A stretch of 64,000 nucleotides of DNA from Octopus sinensis (Eukaryota). Both the position numbers and the translations under genes were made by a program. This document shows, in pieces, positions 53,064-64,000 of the stretch (positions are counted from its first letter, which is position 1; each line of letters begins with the position of its first letter). The notes beneath the pieces were generated by a model, which saw only the letters and a list, made by a program, of their open reading frames with translations, had not been told where the DNA came from and made no database searches. The stretch spans positions 53,506,001-53,570,000 of the forward strand of contig NC_042998.1 of assembly GCF_006345805.1 (NCBI RefSeq), read 5' to 3'.

Positions 53064-53447
53064 GGAGGCGCAATGGCCCAGTTGTTAGGGCAGCGGACTT
53101 GCGGTCATAGGATCGCGGTTTCGATTCCCAGACCGGGCGTTGTGAGTGTTTATTGAGCAAAAACACCTAAAGCTCCACGAGGCTCCGGCAGGGGATGGTG
53201 GTGATCCCTGCTGTACTCTTTCACCACAACTTTCTCTCACTCTTACTTCCTATTTCTGTTGTACCTGTATTTCAAAGGGCCGGCCTTGTCACTCTGTGTC
53301 ACGCTGAATATCCCCGAGAACTACGTTAAGGGTACACATGTCTGTGGAGTGCTCAGCCACTTACACATTAATTTCATGAGCAGGCTGTTCCGTTGATTTG
53401 GATCAACCGGAACCCTCGTCGTCGTAACCGACAGAGTGCTTCCATCC
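53064..53447 (+). mobile_element. tRNA-derived SINE (family D head and body, tail Y) within (TAT)n
   Basis: TGGCCCAGTTGTTAGG A box and GGTTTCGATTCCC B box; body shared with 3497-3821 up to CAACTTTCTCTCACTCTT. Confidence 0.85.
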
Positions 53448-53463
53448 ATTATTATTATTATTA

Positions 53464-53545
<82 letters not shown>

Positions 53546-53662
53546 CATTATTATCATTATTATTATTATCATTATTATTATCATTATATTATTATTATTA
53601 TTATTATATTATTATTATTATTATTATTATCATTATTATCATTATCATTATTATCATTATTA

Positions 53663-53702
<40 letters not shown>

Positions 53703-53716
53703 CATTATTATTATTA

Positions 53717-53753
<37 letters not shown>

Positions 53754-53797
53754 CATTATTATTATTATTATTATCATTATTATCATTATTATTATTA

Positions 53798-53870
<73 letters not shown>

Positions 53871-53901
53871 CATTATTATTATCATTATTATTATTATCAT
53901 T

Positions 53902-53948
<47 letters not shown>

Positions 53949-53995
53949 CATTATTATCATTATTATTATTATTATTATTATCATTATTATTATTA

Positions 53996-54065
<70 letters not shown>

Positions 54066-54106
54066 CATTATTATTATTATCATTATTATTATTATTATTA
54101 TTATTA

Positions 54107-54140
<34 letters not shown>

Positions 54141-54141
54141 C

Positions 54142-54172
<31 letters not shown>

Positions 54173-54207
54173 CATTATTATTATTATCATTATTATTATT
54201 ATTATTA

Positions 54208-54250
<43 letters not shown>

Positions 54251-54276
54251 CATTATTATTATTATTATTATTATTA

Positions 54277-54340
<64 letters not shown>

Positions 54341-54354
54341 CATTATTATTATTA

Positions 54355-54391
<37 letters not shown>

Positions 54392-54428
54392 CATTATTAT
54401 TATTATCATTATTATTATTATTATTATT
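53448..54428. repeat. About 980-bp (TAT)n array with CAT interruptions
   Basis: Read directly. Confidence 0.97.
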
Positions 54429-55095
54429 GATAACACAACACACACACACAACACATGCATGCTCACATGCACACTACCAGTCTATAAGTTTAAATTTATG
54501 CTATGCATAGAAAAATCTATTTTCCCCAAGATTTTATGCTTATTTCAAGATTTCAAGATGTCTTCTATTACAGCTCCTGGCCAACCCCTTATGCATGGAT
54601 TTTGCAGATGGAAAGTGGAAGAAACCTGTAACACACACACACACATGCACTTATGTGTATATGTGTATATGTGTGTGTGTGTATGTATATATAAATATAT
54701 GTATGCATGTATATATGCATATAAACATAGATGTATTTATGTATAAGTGTATATGTGTGTATCCTTGCCTTGACAAGTGGGGGTGCATGGCTTAGTAGTT
54801 GGGGTGTTGGACTCATGGTTGTAAGATTGTGGTTTCGATTCCTGGACTAGGCAACTCATTGTGTTCTTCAGCAAAACACTTCATTTCATGTTGCTCGAAT
54901 CCACTCAGCTGGCAAAAATGATAATCCTGCTACAGACCAGCATCCTGTCTAGATGGAGAATTTATATGCCATGGAAACCAGGAAACCAATCCTTATGAGT
55001 TGGCATGACTCAAGGTGGTAACTTCACCTTACCCCTTTTCCTTTCCTTGACACCATATGATACCTGAAAACAAGTATAATGGGAGGCAAGGTTTA

Positions 55096-55558
55096 TGATA
55101 TCGGGTGAATATCGCCTTCTCCCATTAAATATTGTTCTTTGTTGTTGGTTCAGGCTCCAGCAGGCGAGGAAAGAAGTCTTAAGTACAAATGCAATTCACA
55201 ACCAGTTTATTTACAAGTTTCACAGAATAGGTAAAGTGTGTTGCTCTCAGCATACCATCTCAAGCTATGTGCGTTTCATTGTATCCCCGTTAACATGGGC
55301 CCATTACCTCTGGAGATACAACATGCAGAAAGGACTAGCTTGGAGATCAAGCCACCAAAGTATGTTCAGCAAGTGCTTGCGGTGGAAAGAGATAGAGTCT
55401 GTTTTGTTGGGCCCTTTAATCCAGTTTGCCATCGCGAGCCTTGTTGTGATCTCGCACATGGCAAATGGATGCAGGTGAGATCTTGCTCCAGTCTCAGTGA
55501 TGGCAATGGCTGTTGTGAGATCTTATCTGATATGGTGGTGACTGCTTGTGCCGCTACA
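55096..55558 (-). mobile_element. Putative solo LTR
   Basis: GC-richer island with TG..CA ends, imperfect terminal inverted match (TGATATCGG / CCGCTACA) and a minus-strand AATAAA about 110 bp from the end; no TSD found. Confidence 0.35.
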
Positions 55559-55997
55559 CAATCATTACCATCATACAAACAATGTTGTTTATTTCTATGC
55601 TTCTGCAAAAAGCAAAATGTCTGGCCACAGGGAAATATTACCTTACCTGGAAACAGATAAGGGTTCGCAACATGAAGGGTATTTAGTCATAGAAGAAAAT
55701 CTGCCTCAGTAAAATGGAAGAATAGACATTGTATCTTGATGATGATTTGTACCGAAATACACCATCCTTTGTTTTGGTTACTTTTAGAAATAATGAAGAA
55801 CTTAGGGAAACAACTTTGTCATTATAAATGTTTTAGATTTTGATTTTTAAAACTAAAACAACACAAGTTATAAGAAACAGTACAAATCAATGGTTTTTAC
55901 TTTTAACTTGCAGTTCAATGTTTTGGAGTTATCACTTCCCCTTCAGGAAACTTTGAAGAAATTAGATCACAACCCCATTTCTCTAAAGATTTCCTGA

Positions 55998-56142
<145 letters not shown>

Positions 56143-56413
56143 GTACTAGCCCCCCACCAAATGTTGAAATACAAACTAAAAGCACAAACGCTCAACTTGT
56201 ATTACATATATATTATATTATATATACACTCAGTATTATATGTATATTCTGTAAAGTGGTTGGCATTAGGAAGGACATCCAGCTGTAGAAATCATGTCAA
56301 AACAGACAGGGAATCCGAACAGCCCTTCAGCTGGTCAGCTCCTGTCAAACCATCCAACCCATGAATGATGAGGATGATGTGTGTATTTATACATATATAT
56401 AGCTATCTATCTA

Positions 56414-56498
<85 letters not shown>

Positions 56499-57944
56499 TT
56501 ATGTATGTATATATCAGTCAATGCTTCATGCAAACTATACTGCCCAGCTTTGTTTTTTTTAAGTTGTTGTTTGGAAGGGAAATTTCCATCAAATTTTGAT
56601 GAAAAGTTTTAATTTAGAAGTAGAAACTTTCTATCATAGAACCAAAGGCAATTTCAGGTGGATTGATATCAAAATGGTTAATTTATTTATCTGATTTGAA
56701 AGGAAAGCATCTTCAGTTTCTTCTGTTCTTAAACCAACAATTCAAGTTTTTCATGAATTAAAATTACAAGATATAATTATTATAGCCATTTCTTGCAATA
56801 TATCTTCACAATATTTATACTTAAGGAAAAATAAATACGTACATAAAAGAAAGAACTCTTGTTCTTTGTTTTCTATTGTACACTACGTCTTTTAGAACAA
56901 ATAGGGTTTTTATGTATCTGTTGATGGTTCTTTGGCAAGGTTTGATTTGAACAAAAGATGTAACTGAATCTGACAGCTCACACGTCTGACATTTGACATC
57001 GGTCTTCTTTCTCACATAAATTTCTCAGTCTTTAAATAGAAATAATGGTATTTGAAATATTACTTTATATTTTACATCATTTTATGAAAAGATGATTGAA
57101 TAAAGAATGGAATAACCAGTTTTATTTCCTCAATCTTTTACTCAGTTATTTCGATAAAAACTTGTATCTCTGATTCATCAATAGCTTTGGTGCATGAATT
57201 TTCTTTCAAGTGTTATAGCCTTTGGAATTTTCTCTTCTCTTTTTTTTCCTCCTCATATATTGTCTATAATACTCAATTTGATAGTCTGTTTAGACAGTCC
57301 AATGTTTTTCAGTACTCTCTTTTATTTGGAAACTGTATTTTTAATGCATGTTCAAGTAAACCACAATAAGTATATTTTGAGTGAAATATCAGTGCAATTC
57401 CATATTCTTTTAGTGATTCTTTTGTTCTTTGTTCCACTTGTATTTTAGAGATTGTTTTCCTAGTGTTATTATATACAGTGACAATAATATGTACTGATTG
57501 GATGCTGGAAGCAGTAAAAGTGATATAAATTATATTACCACCGGGAATTAAGAGCATTCTGAAAAATATTCACTTAAAAAAAACCCAACATGATTATATT
57601 TCCCATTTCTCTCCTCTCTCTCTCTCAATATATATATATATGTATCTGTGTGTGTGTGTGTGTGTGTGTACAATGGACATGCTCATGTGCATTTATGCGT
57701 GTCTGTAGGTGTATGATTGGGCGTGTGTTTATAAGGTTCACAAGAGCATGAAAGGAAAGCGACGGAGGGTTACAGAAGGGGATAGAGGTAAATGCAATGG
57801 AGGCGTTGCCAGTAGTGAATATTAGCTGAAGGCAGGGAAGGTGAAGAAAATAGGAGTAAATTAAAGAGGAGTAGGTGATAAATGGCAGTATAAAAATGAG
57901 TGGAGAGCAGCAGTACGCTAATAATAATGATAATAATAATAATG

Positions 57945-57994
<50 letters not shown>

Positions 57995-58033
57995 AATGAT
58001 AATGATAATAATGATAATGATAATAATAATATT

Positions 58034-58035
<2 letters not shown>

Positions 58036-58064
<29 letters not shown>

Positions 58065-58308
58065 TTCATTTAGCGTCTGTTTTCCATGCTAGCATGGGTT
58101 GGACAGTTCAACTGGGGTCTGTGAAGCTCGAACACTTCATCAGGTCCAGTCAGATCTGGCAGTGTTTCTACGGCTGGATGCCCTTCCTAACATCAACCAC
58201 TCCGTGAGTGTAGTGGGTGCTTTTTACGTGCCACCCGCACAGGTGCCAGACAGAGCTGGCAAACGGCCACGAAACGGATGGTGCTTTTACATGTCACCGG
58301 CACGGGGG
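58036..58308 (-). mobile_element. RTE 3' UTR fragment with (GAT)n tail
   Basis: Reverse complement of the RTE terminal motifs. Confidence 0.85.
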
Positions 58309-58329
58309 AATAATAATAACCCTTTCTAC

Positions 58330-58728
58330 TAAAGGCACAAGGCCTGAAATTTGCGGTAAGGGGACTAGTCAATTACATCAGCCCCAGTGTTTTAGTGGTA
58401 TTTAATTTATCAACCCCAGAAGGATGAAAGCAAAGTCAACCTTGGTGGAGTTTGAACTCAGAATGTAAAGACAGCTGAAATGCTGCTAAACATTTTGCCT
58501 AGTGCGCTAATGATTCTGCCAGCTTGTTGCACAAGGCCTGCAATTTTGAGTGAGGGGTGAAGTTGATTGCATCAACCCTAGTACTCAACTGGTAATTAAT
58601 TTATTGACCCTGAAAGGATGAAAGGCAAAGTTGACCTCATTGGATTTTGCTCTCAGAATGTAAAAGACGTACAAAATACTGCTAAGCATTTCGCCCGGCT
58701 TACTAAAGATTCTGCCAATTCGACACCT
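58330..58728 (-). mobile_element. Two tandem SINE family A copies
   Basis: GAAAGGATGAAAGGCAAAG core and TTTGAACTCAGAA B box occur twice. Confidence 0.8.
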
Positions 58729-58733
58729 TAATG

Positions 58734-58764
<31 letters not shown>

Positions 58765-58783
58765 TAATAATAATAATAATAAT

Positions 58784-59325
58784 CTGAAGCAGTACCAGAC
58801 ACTGTCTCTCATGGCTTTTGATCTTAACTGATTTTATGTGTCATTATGTACATTGTTTTGTCTTGGTATAAAAGATGGGCTACAGCAAACATTTTGCTCA
58901 ATACCACAGATTTGCCTGTCAGTTGTTTGACCTTAACCAGTTGAGCATGTCCCTTGGTGGCTGATGATATGTGCATCTCTAATCTTGAACAGAAGTATTG
59001 GGAGGGCATCATAGCTATGTGCTGAGAGGAATTCTTTGGGGTTTGGACAATTCCCCTTTGGAAACATAGGTATTTCGTTCAACATCCCTAAACAAACCTT
59101 ATTTAGGGAGCTTTTGAGCAGGATGGGTTACTTGACCTGAATAAAATTCTAACTGGGCCCCACCTGCAAGGTCATGTTTATCTTGATATGACATCACTAT
59201 GTCATGCACATATGGTTGTGATGCATGTGCCTGGTGTACCCTTATCAGACGGGTAGTCATGATATACTGGGCTTCGTATATTTTACCCCAGTATCACTTT
59301 GATGGCATGCACTGCTCTCTCACTC
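58784..59325. mobile_element. Unclassified non-coding interspersed element embedded in (TAA)n
   Basis: (TAA)n on both sides; its right end recurs at 52608-52679 (same orientation) and its left end at about 52895-52985 (inverted), each next to TAA/TTA repeats. Confidence 0.7.
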
Positions 59326-59392
59326 AATAATAATAATGATAATAATAATAATAATAATAATAAATAATAATAATAATAATGATAATGATAAA

Positions 59393-59427
<35 letters not shown>

Positions 59428-59531
59428 TAATAATAATAATGATGATAATAATAATAACAATAATAATAATGATGATAATAATAATAATAAATAATAATGA
59501 TAATAATAATGATGATGATGATGATGATGAT
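59326..59531. repeat. (AAT)n/(GAT)n microsatellite
   Basis: Read directly. Confidence 0.95.
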
Positions 59532-59854
59532 GGACTCTCCCATCAAACACTGTATGAGTGTTCAGCTTTTTTACCAATCAACTGCACAAATGATTTGTTT
59601 AGAATGATTGAGTGTATGTGCTGTACATTAGCTCACTTGCTCCTCCAAATTGATGTCACCTCAACAGGTGCCCAGTGTGCCATGCATCAAGGTGTCAAAG
59701 TGATCACAGTGCAATGTGAGATGAAGTGTTTTGCTCAAGAATACAATGCACCAACTGATCTAGGAATTGAAACTACCAACTCGCGATTGTGAGTGCAACA
59801 CCCAAACCACTAGACCATCATGCGTCCCCACTAATAATAACAATAAGCAGCAGC

Positions 59855-59898
<44 letters not shown>

Positions 59899-60515
59899 CA
59901 ATGGTGGTGGTGGTGGTGGTGGTGGTGGTGGTGGTGGTGGTGGTGGTGGTGGTAGCTGTTGTCATGGTAGTAGTTGTGCTGTCCTAGTGGTGCTGAAATT
60001 AAACTGAATATGATAAGGCCAAACTGGCAAACATTAGTTTTAAGAGAATTTCGTACTGATTTAGAAATTCTGCTCTACCAATTTGAGCAAATCAATAGCT
60101 GAATAGACATTTAATAGCAGTAAAATTAAATTGTAAGCCTGGGTATGAAATCCAAAAATAACCAGATCAAAGTTAAATGCTTCATTTGTCTTTCAAAGGT
60201 CATCTACTGATATCTTGAAGAATCTATTTTGGTTCTCAGGATCTAAGACAGCATGTTGAATTAGGTGCTAGCAAGTCAGCATCTGGTTTTACTATTTAAA
60301 TGTTGATAAATATGTTCAGGGACAGATAGAATAATAAAATGAGAAAAAAAAATTGCTATTTGTATTTGTAGACTGTATGTAGACTGCTGTAATAGTAATC
60401 AGAATTTATATGTACATATGAACTTGCATGTTTAGATTGAGTAAAAAGCAGGACAAAATTAACAGAAGCAGACGATCTAACAATAAAATGCCAACATGAA
60501 AAGTTCTCCAATAGA

Positions 60516-60522
60516 TCATCAA

Positions 60523-60554
<32 letters not shown>

Positions 60555-60900
60555 CCATCATCATCCCCCTCCTCATCGTCATCATTATCATCATCATCTT
60601 CATCATCATCCTCCTCATCCTCCTCATCCTCCTCCTCATCATCATCATCATCATCTTCATCATCATCCTCATCATCATCATCATCCTCATCATCATCATC
60701 CTCTTCATCATCATCATCATCAACATGTAACACCCTTCTTCAATGCTCGCATAGGTTGGGCAGTTTCACAGGAGTTGGTAAGCCACCAGGACTGCTCCAA
60801 GCTCCTGTATCTTCTTTGACATGGTTTCTGTGGCCGGGTGCACTTCTGAATGTCAACTGTTTTACAAAGTACACTTGATATTTTTTACATGGCATTGGCA
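60516..60900 (-). repeat. (GAT/GAG)n array at the end of a decayed minus-strand RTE tail
   Basis: Triplet array at 60516-60722 followed by weak RTE-tail similarity. Confidence 0.7.
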
Positions 60901-60949
60901 TATTGAGGTTATCCTCTCATACGGTAAACCAAAGGAACTCCAACAGAGT

Positions 60950-61340
60950 ATCCCAGATTACTCTACAGCAGTCATGAGCAAAATGACATCCAAGGAACTT
61001 TCTGAATGACATACCTGATGAAAATCACCTTGAATTTTTTTACTACTGTGGCCCACCTGATAATGTTCTCTTCTTATGTGGCCTGTTTCTCATAAAAGAT
61101 TGCCATGCTCTCTCCCCAGAATGAAAATCATTAAAAGTACCCTCTCCCAAAAGCATAATTACAATGACACTATTCAACTTTGTCGAGCTTGCTGCTCTTA
61201 CCTGACTGCCATTAAATACACTAAGATAGCACCTTCCTTTCTACCATCAACTTTTACAGGTATAACTTGAAGAAACTGATGAGAGCTTGGCCAGAGAGGA
61301 AAATACCTGTCCTCATACCTTTTGAATGCATCTACCACAC
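60950..61340 (-). mobile_element. Possible L1/Tx1-like C-terminal relic
   Basis: Minus strand reads FLSGQALISFFKLYL*KLMVERKVLS; decayed. Confidence 0.35.
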
Positions 61341-61415
61341 AACTTCTTTCACTTAAGACACCAAAGAGATAAGACTAGTAAAGAAATTTCTAACATTTCT
61401 GAAGGGGAAATTTAA

Positions 61416-61635
61416 CCCATTAGCATTTAAACTGACCATTTCAGGCTCAATTATTCTGCATGTTTTATGATCAAACTAACCAGATGCAGCCTCTCACACC
61501 TACCCTACAATGTCCTTCTAAAAATAAGCTATCACATCATCAGAATTTCAAAGCTACAGGATAATGCATGATTAATTTAAAACAATGTGGATAAATAAGT
61601 ATTACATTTGACAGAGTAATATGAATGCTAAAGAG
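61416..61635. mobile_element. piggyBac-type MITE (220 bp) with TTAA TSD
   Basis: TTAA|CCCATTAGCATT ... AATGCTAAAGAG|TTAA; terminal 12 bp are inverted with two mismatches. Confidence 0.85.
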
Positions 61636-63810
61636 TTAAAACCTTTACAAAATTAACTCCCTTGAGACCAAACTTGTAGTTCTATTTTACAAAACCATTC
61701 ATCTTAAGATGTTTATATCTTAGCTAAAAAAATTTCTATCATAATTTTCTGTTATAACATTTAAACACCAGTTTAATTAAAAGCAATTAAGCTTTTAATT
61801 TAAGCAGAAGATAAATAATTTTAAAGGGAGGAGGTTAATCAATACTATGAAATCAGTACTTGACAGTTACATTATTATATTGATCACAAAAGGATAAATG
61901 ACTAAGTTGACCTCAGAGGATTTGAGCTCAGAAAATGAAGAGCTGGAACATAGACCATAAGATATTTATTCCAGTAATGAAAACAATCTATTCTACTAAA
62001 TATCTCCAAATTATTGATTACTTTAATAATCAATTGAAACATATTTTAGAAAGATGTTTATGAAATGGTTAATGTCTCTAGCATCACCATCATCATTTTG
62101 ATATCTGCTTTTTCCATGGCGCCATAGTTTGGATAAGACATCGTGAAGTGTTACTCTGTGACTGGATGCCTTCCTGTCATACACATACTTTAGCTTTGCC
62201 CTCTTAGAATATAAGATTGCATTTCATAACCAAGACTTTCTGGGATATTTTTATGTTCAACAGAAATACTTTACTATCTGTCCAGTACATTAGGACAGAT
62301 CCTCCAAAACAGGATTGTCTTGAGGAAAGAATGATATATGTCAAGCCTTTATGTGTGTGTGTGTAGGTTTGTGCCTATGCTATTTATGTTTACATGACTT
62401 TAAAATTAGTATTTCATAACTTAGCCCTTTGACAAACAAAAATCAATAAATTATGTACAGATTGATATGATTGACCAAGTTCTCAAAGGTGATGCCCCAG
62501 CGTGGCCACAGTCTATTGACAGAAAAATAATAAAAGAGTAAAAAGAAGACACAACTCAGAACATGTTTTATTCATATTATGACCTCTTCAATGACTCTAC
62601 TGAATTTGTCTGCTTTAATAACAAAGAGAGAATTACTTACTAACCATACTGGCTGGTATGAACATTTAAATTCGTTTCTGGTATGTTTCTATTTGATTAA
62701 GCTTCTGTTCCAACGAACAGGTGGTGGCAACAACTAAATTAATTGGAAACTGAAAGTAACTATTTCTAGTAAGTGGATAACGTCTTAAAATATTTATGAA
62801 CATGTATTTTTATTGTTTTAGCAAATTAACCCATAAGAGGTGGTACCATTATATTTTTGTCAGTAAAATGTTTGTATAGAATGTCTCAGAATATTGAATA
62901 TTCTTTTAGCATTCCAGTCACATTCTTCAACACCTGCTCAGTAAAGTTTGGCTATATATCTCATATTCTGAACTATTACAATCAGTAGACATGCAATGAA
63001 ATACAGTTAGTATATATCTTTATAACTGTTGTCAGAGGAGTTTGGGAATAGTTATCACAGCCTCATGGAGAAGGAAAATGATAAGGAATTAGACATTTTG
63101 CCCCTTTATTTGTTAGTGTCCCTGTATTTCACAGAATGGAAATTTCAATACTGAAAAATATTCCTTTATCCAAAATATGGTATCATTTTACATAGGTTGT
63201 TTTTTTATCTCTATAATATTCTATTGAAGATCCTCCTTATCAATATAAAAATAAAAACCTAAGAATTCAGGGACCAGAATGGTCTGTCAGTAACAACACT
63301 TTTCTTTAAGCTCCTGAAATATTTTGTTTCTTTTATTTGATAAGGAGAAACTTTCCCGAAATATTATTGAAACCTTAAACCACCTGTGCAAGGTAAGACA
63401 ATGTCATTTCTATATTTATATTTGTTGACACCACCTAACAAATTTTGCTTAATTTTTATCTGTATTGCTCGAAGTGTTTTTTAAACATTTATATTATTTA
63501 TACATTGTAATGCTTCAAGCAAATTACAATACTCCTTTAAATAGGAAACTATTTTTAAGCAGCCTTCGTTTCTTTAGAGAAATGAAGTTTATGAATGCCA
63601 TGATCTATTGTAAAATTTCTAAACCATCCAAATGTAAAAAAACATACCTTTATGTAATCTCTTAGTGGTTTTCATGACCTTGGGTCCTTGAAGTCAATAC
63701 ATCTTTGGACCACTTTACCAGGATTTTGAACTGGAGAAGTGCAGTGCCAAAATATCTACTATAGGGAACCCCCTCTGACATTCTAAGAAACCTGCTAATA
63801 TGATGGTCTA

Positions 63811-64000
63811 GGCTGTGAGCTGGCAGAAACGTTAGCAAGCCAGGTGAAATGCTTAGCAGTATCTCGTCTGCTGTTATGTTCTGAGTTCAAATTCCGCTGA
63901 GGTTGACTTTGCCTTTCATCCTTTCAGGGTCGATAAATAAAGTACTAGTTACGCACTAGGATCGATGTAGTCGACTTGATCCCTTTGTCTGTCCTTGTTT
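63811..64000 (+). mobile_element. SINE family A, runs off the window end
   Basis: Aligns to the 15786 copy. Confidence 0.9.

Noticed and set aside
53393-54746. Long poly-Y/I/L/N ORFs, and similar ones at 51749-52541, 18028-18727 and 60356-60819
   Set aside because: Translations of microsatellites.
63648-63782. Minus-strand exon with a strong AAG|GTATGT donor
   Set aside because: All three frames contain stops; a non-coding exon cannot be supported from sequence alone.

Overview
AT-rich eukaryotic DNA that is almost entirely interspersed repeats and microsatellites. The SINE families and RTE 3' tails look like those of Octopus (coleoid cephalopod); this is recognition from memory, not a database result. 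No intact host protein-coding gene can be supported, and nearly all ORF-track entries are translations of microsatellites or SINEs. The largest element is a young, 5'-truncated RTE-clade LINE (21367-25052) with a C4HC3 PHD-like finger inside its reverse transcriptase. It is bracketed by two unrelated tandem arrays of about 159-bp period, one in its 3' UTR and one at its 5' junction. Also present are R4/Dong-like, Penelope, CR1, HERO-like and Tx1-like relics, three mariner and one DD37D transposon relics, hAT and piggyBac-type MITEs with intact TSDs, and dozens of tRNA-derived SINE copies. The best unexplained features are a 225-bp ungapped palindrome (11667-11891), a non-coding element embedded in (TAA)n (58784-59325), and combinatorial body/tail swapping among SINEs. 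I found no clearly new multi-gene system. Boundaries of degraded relics are approximate (about 10-30 bp).
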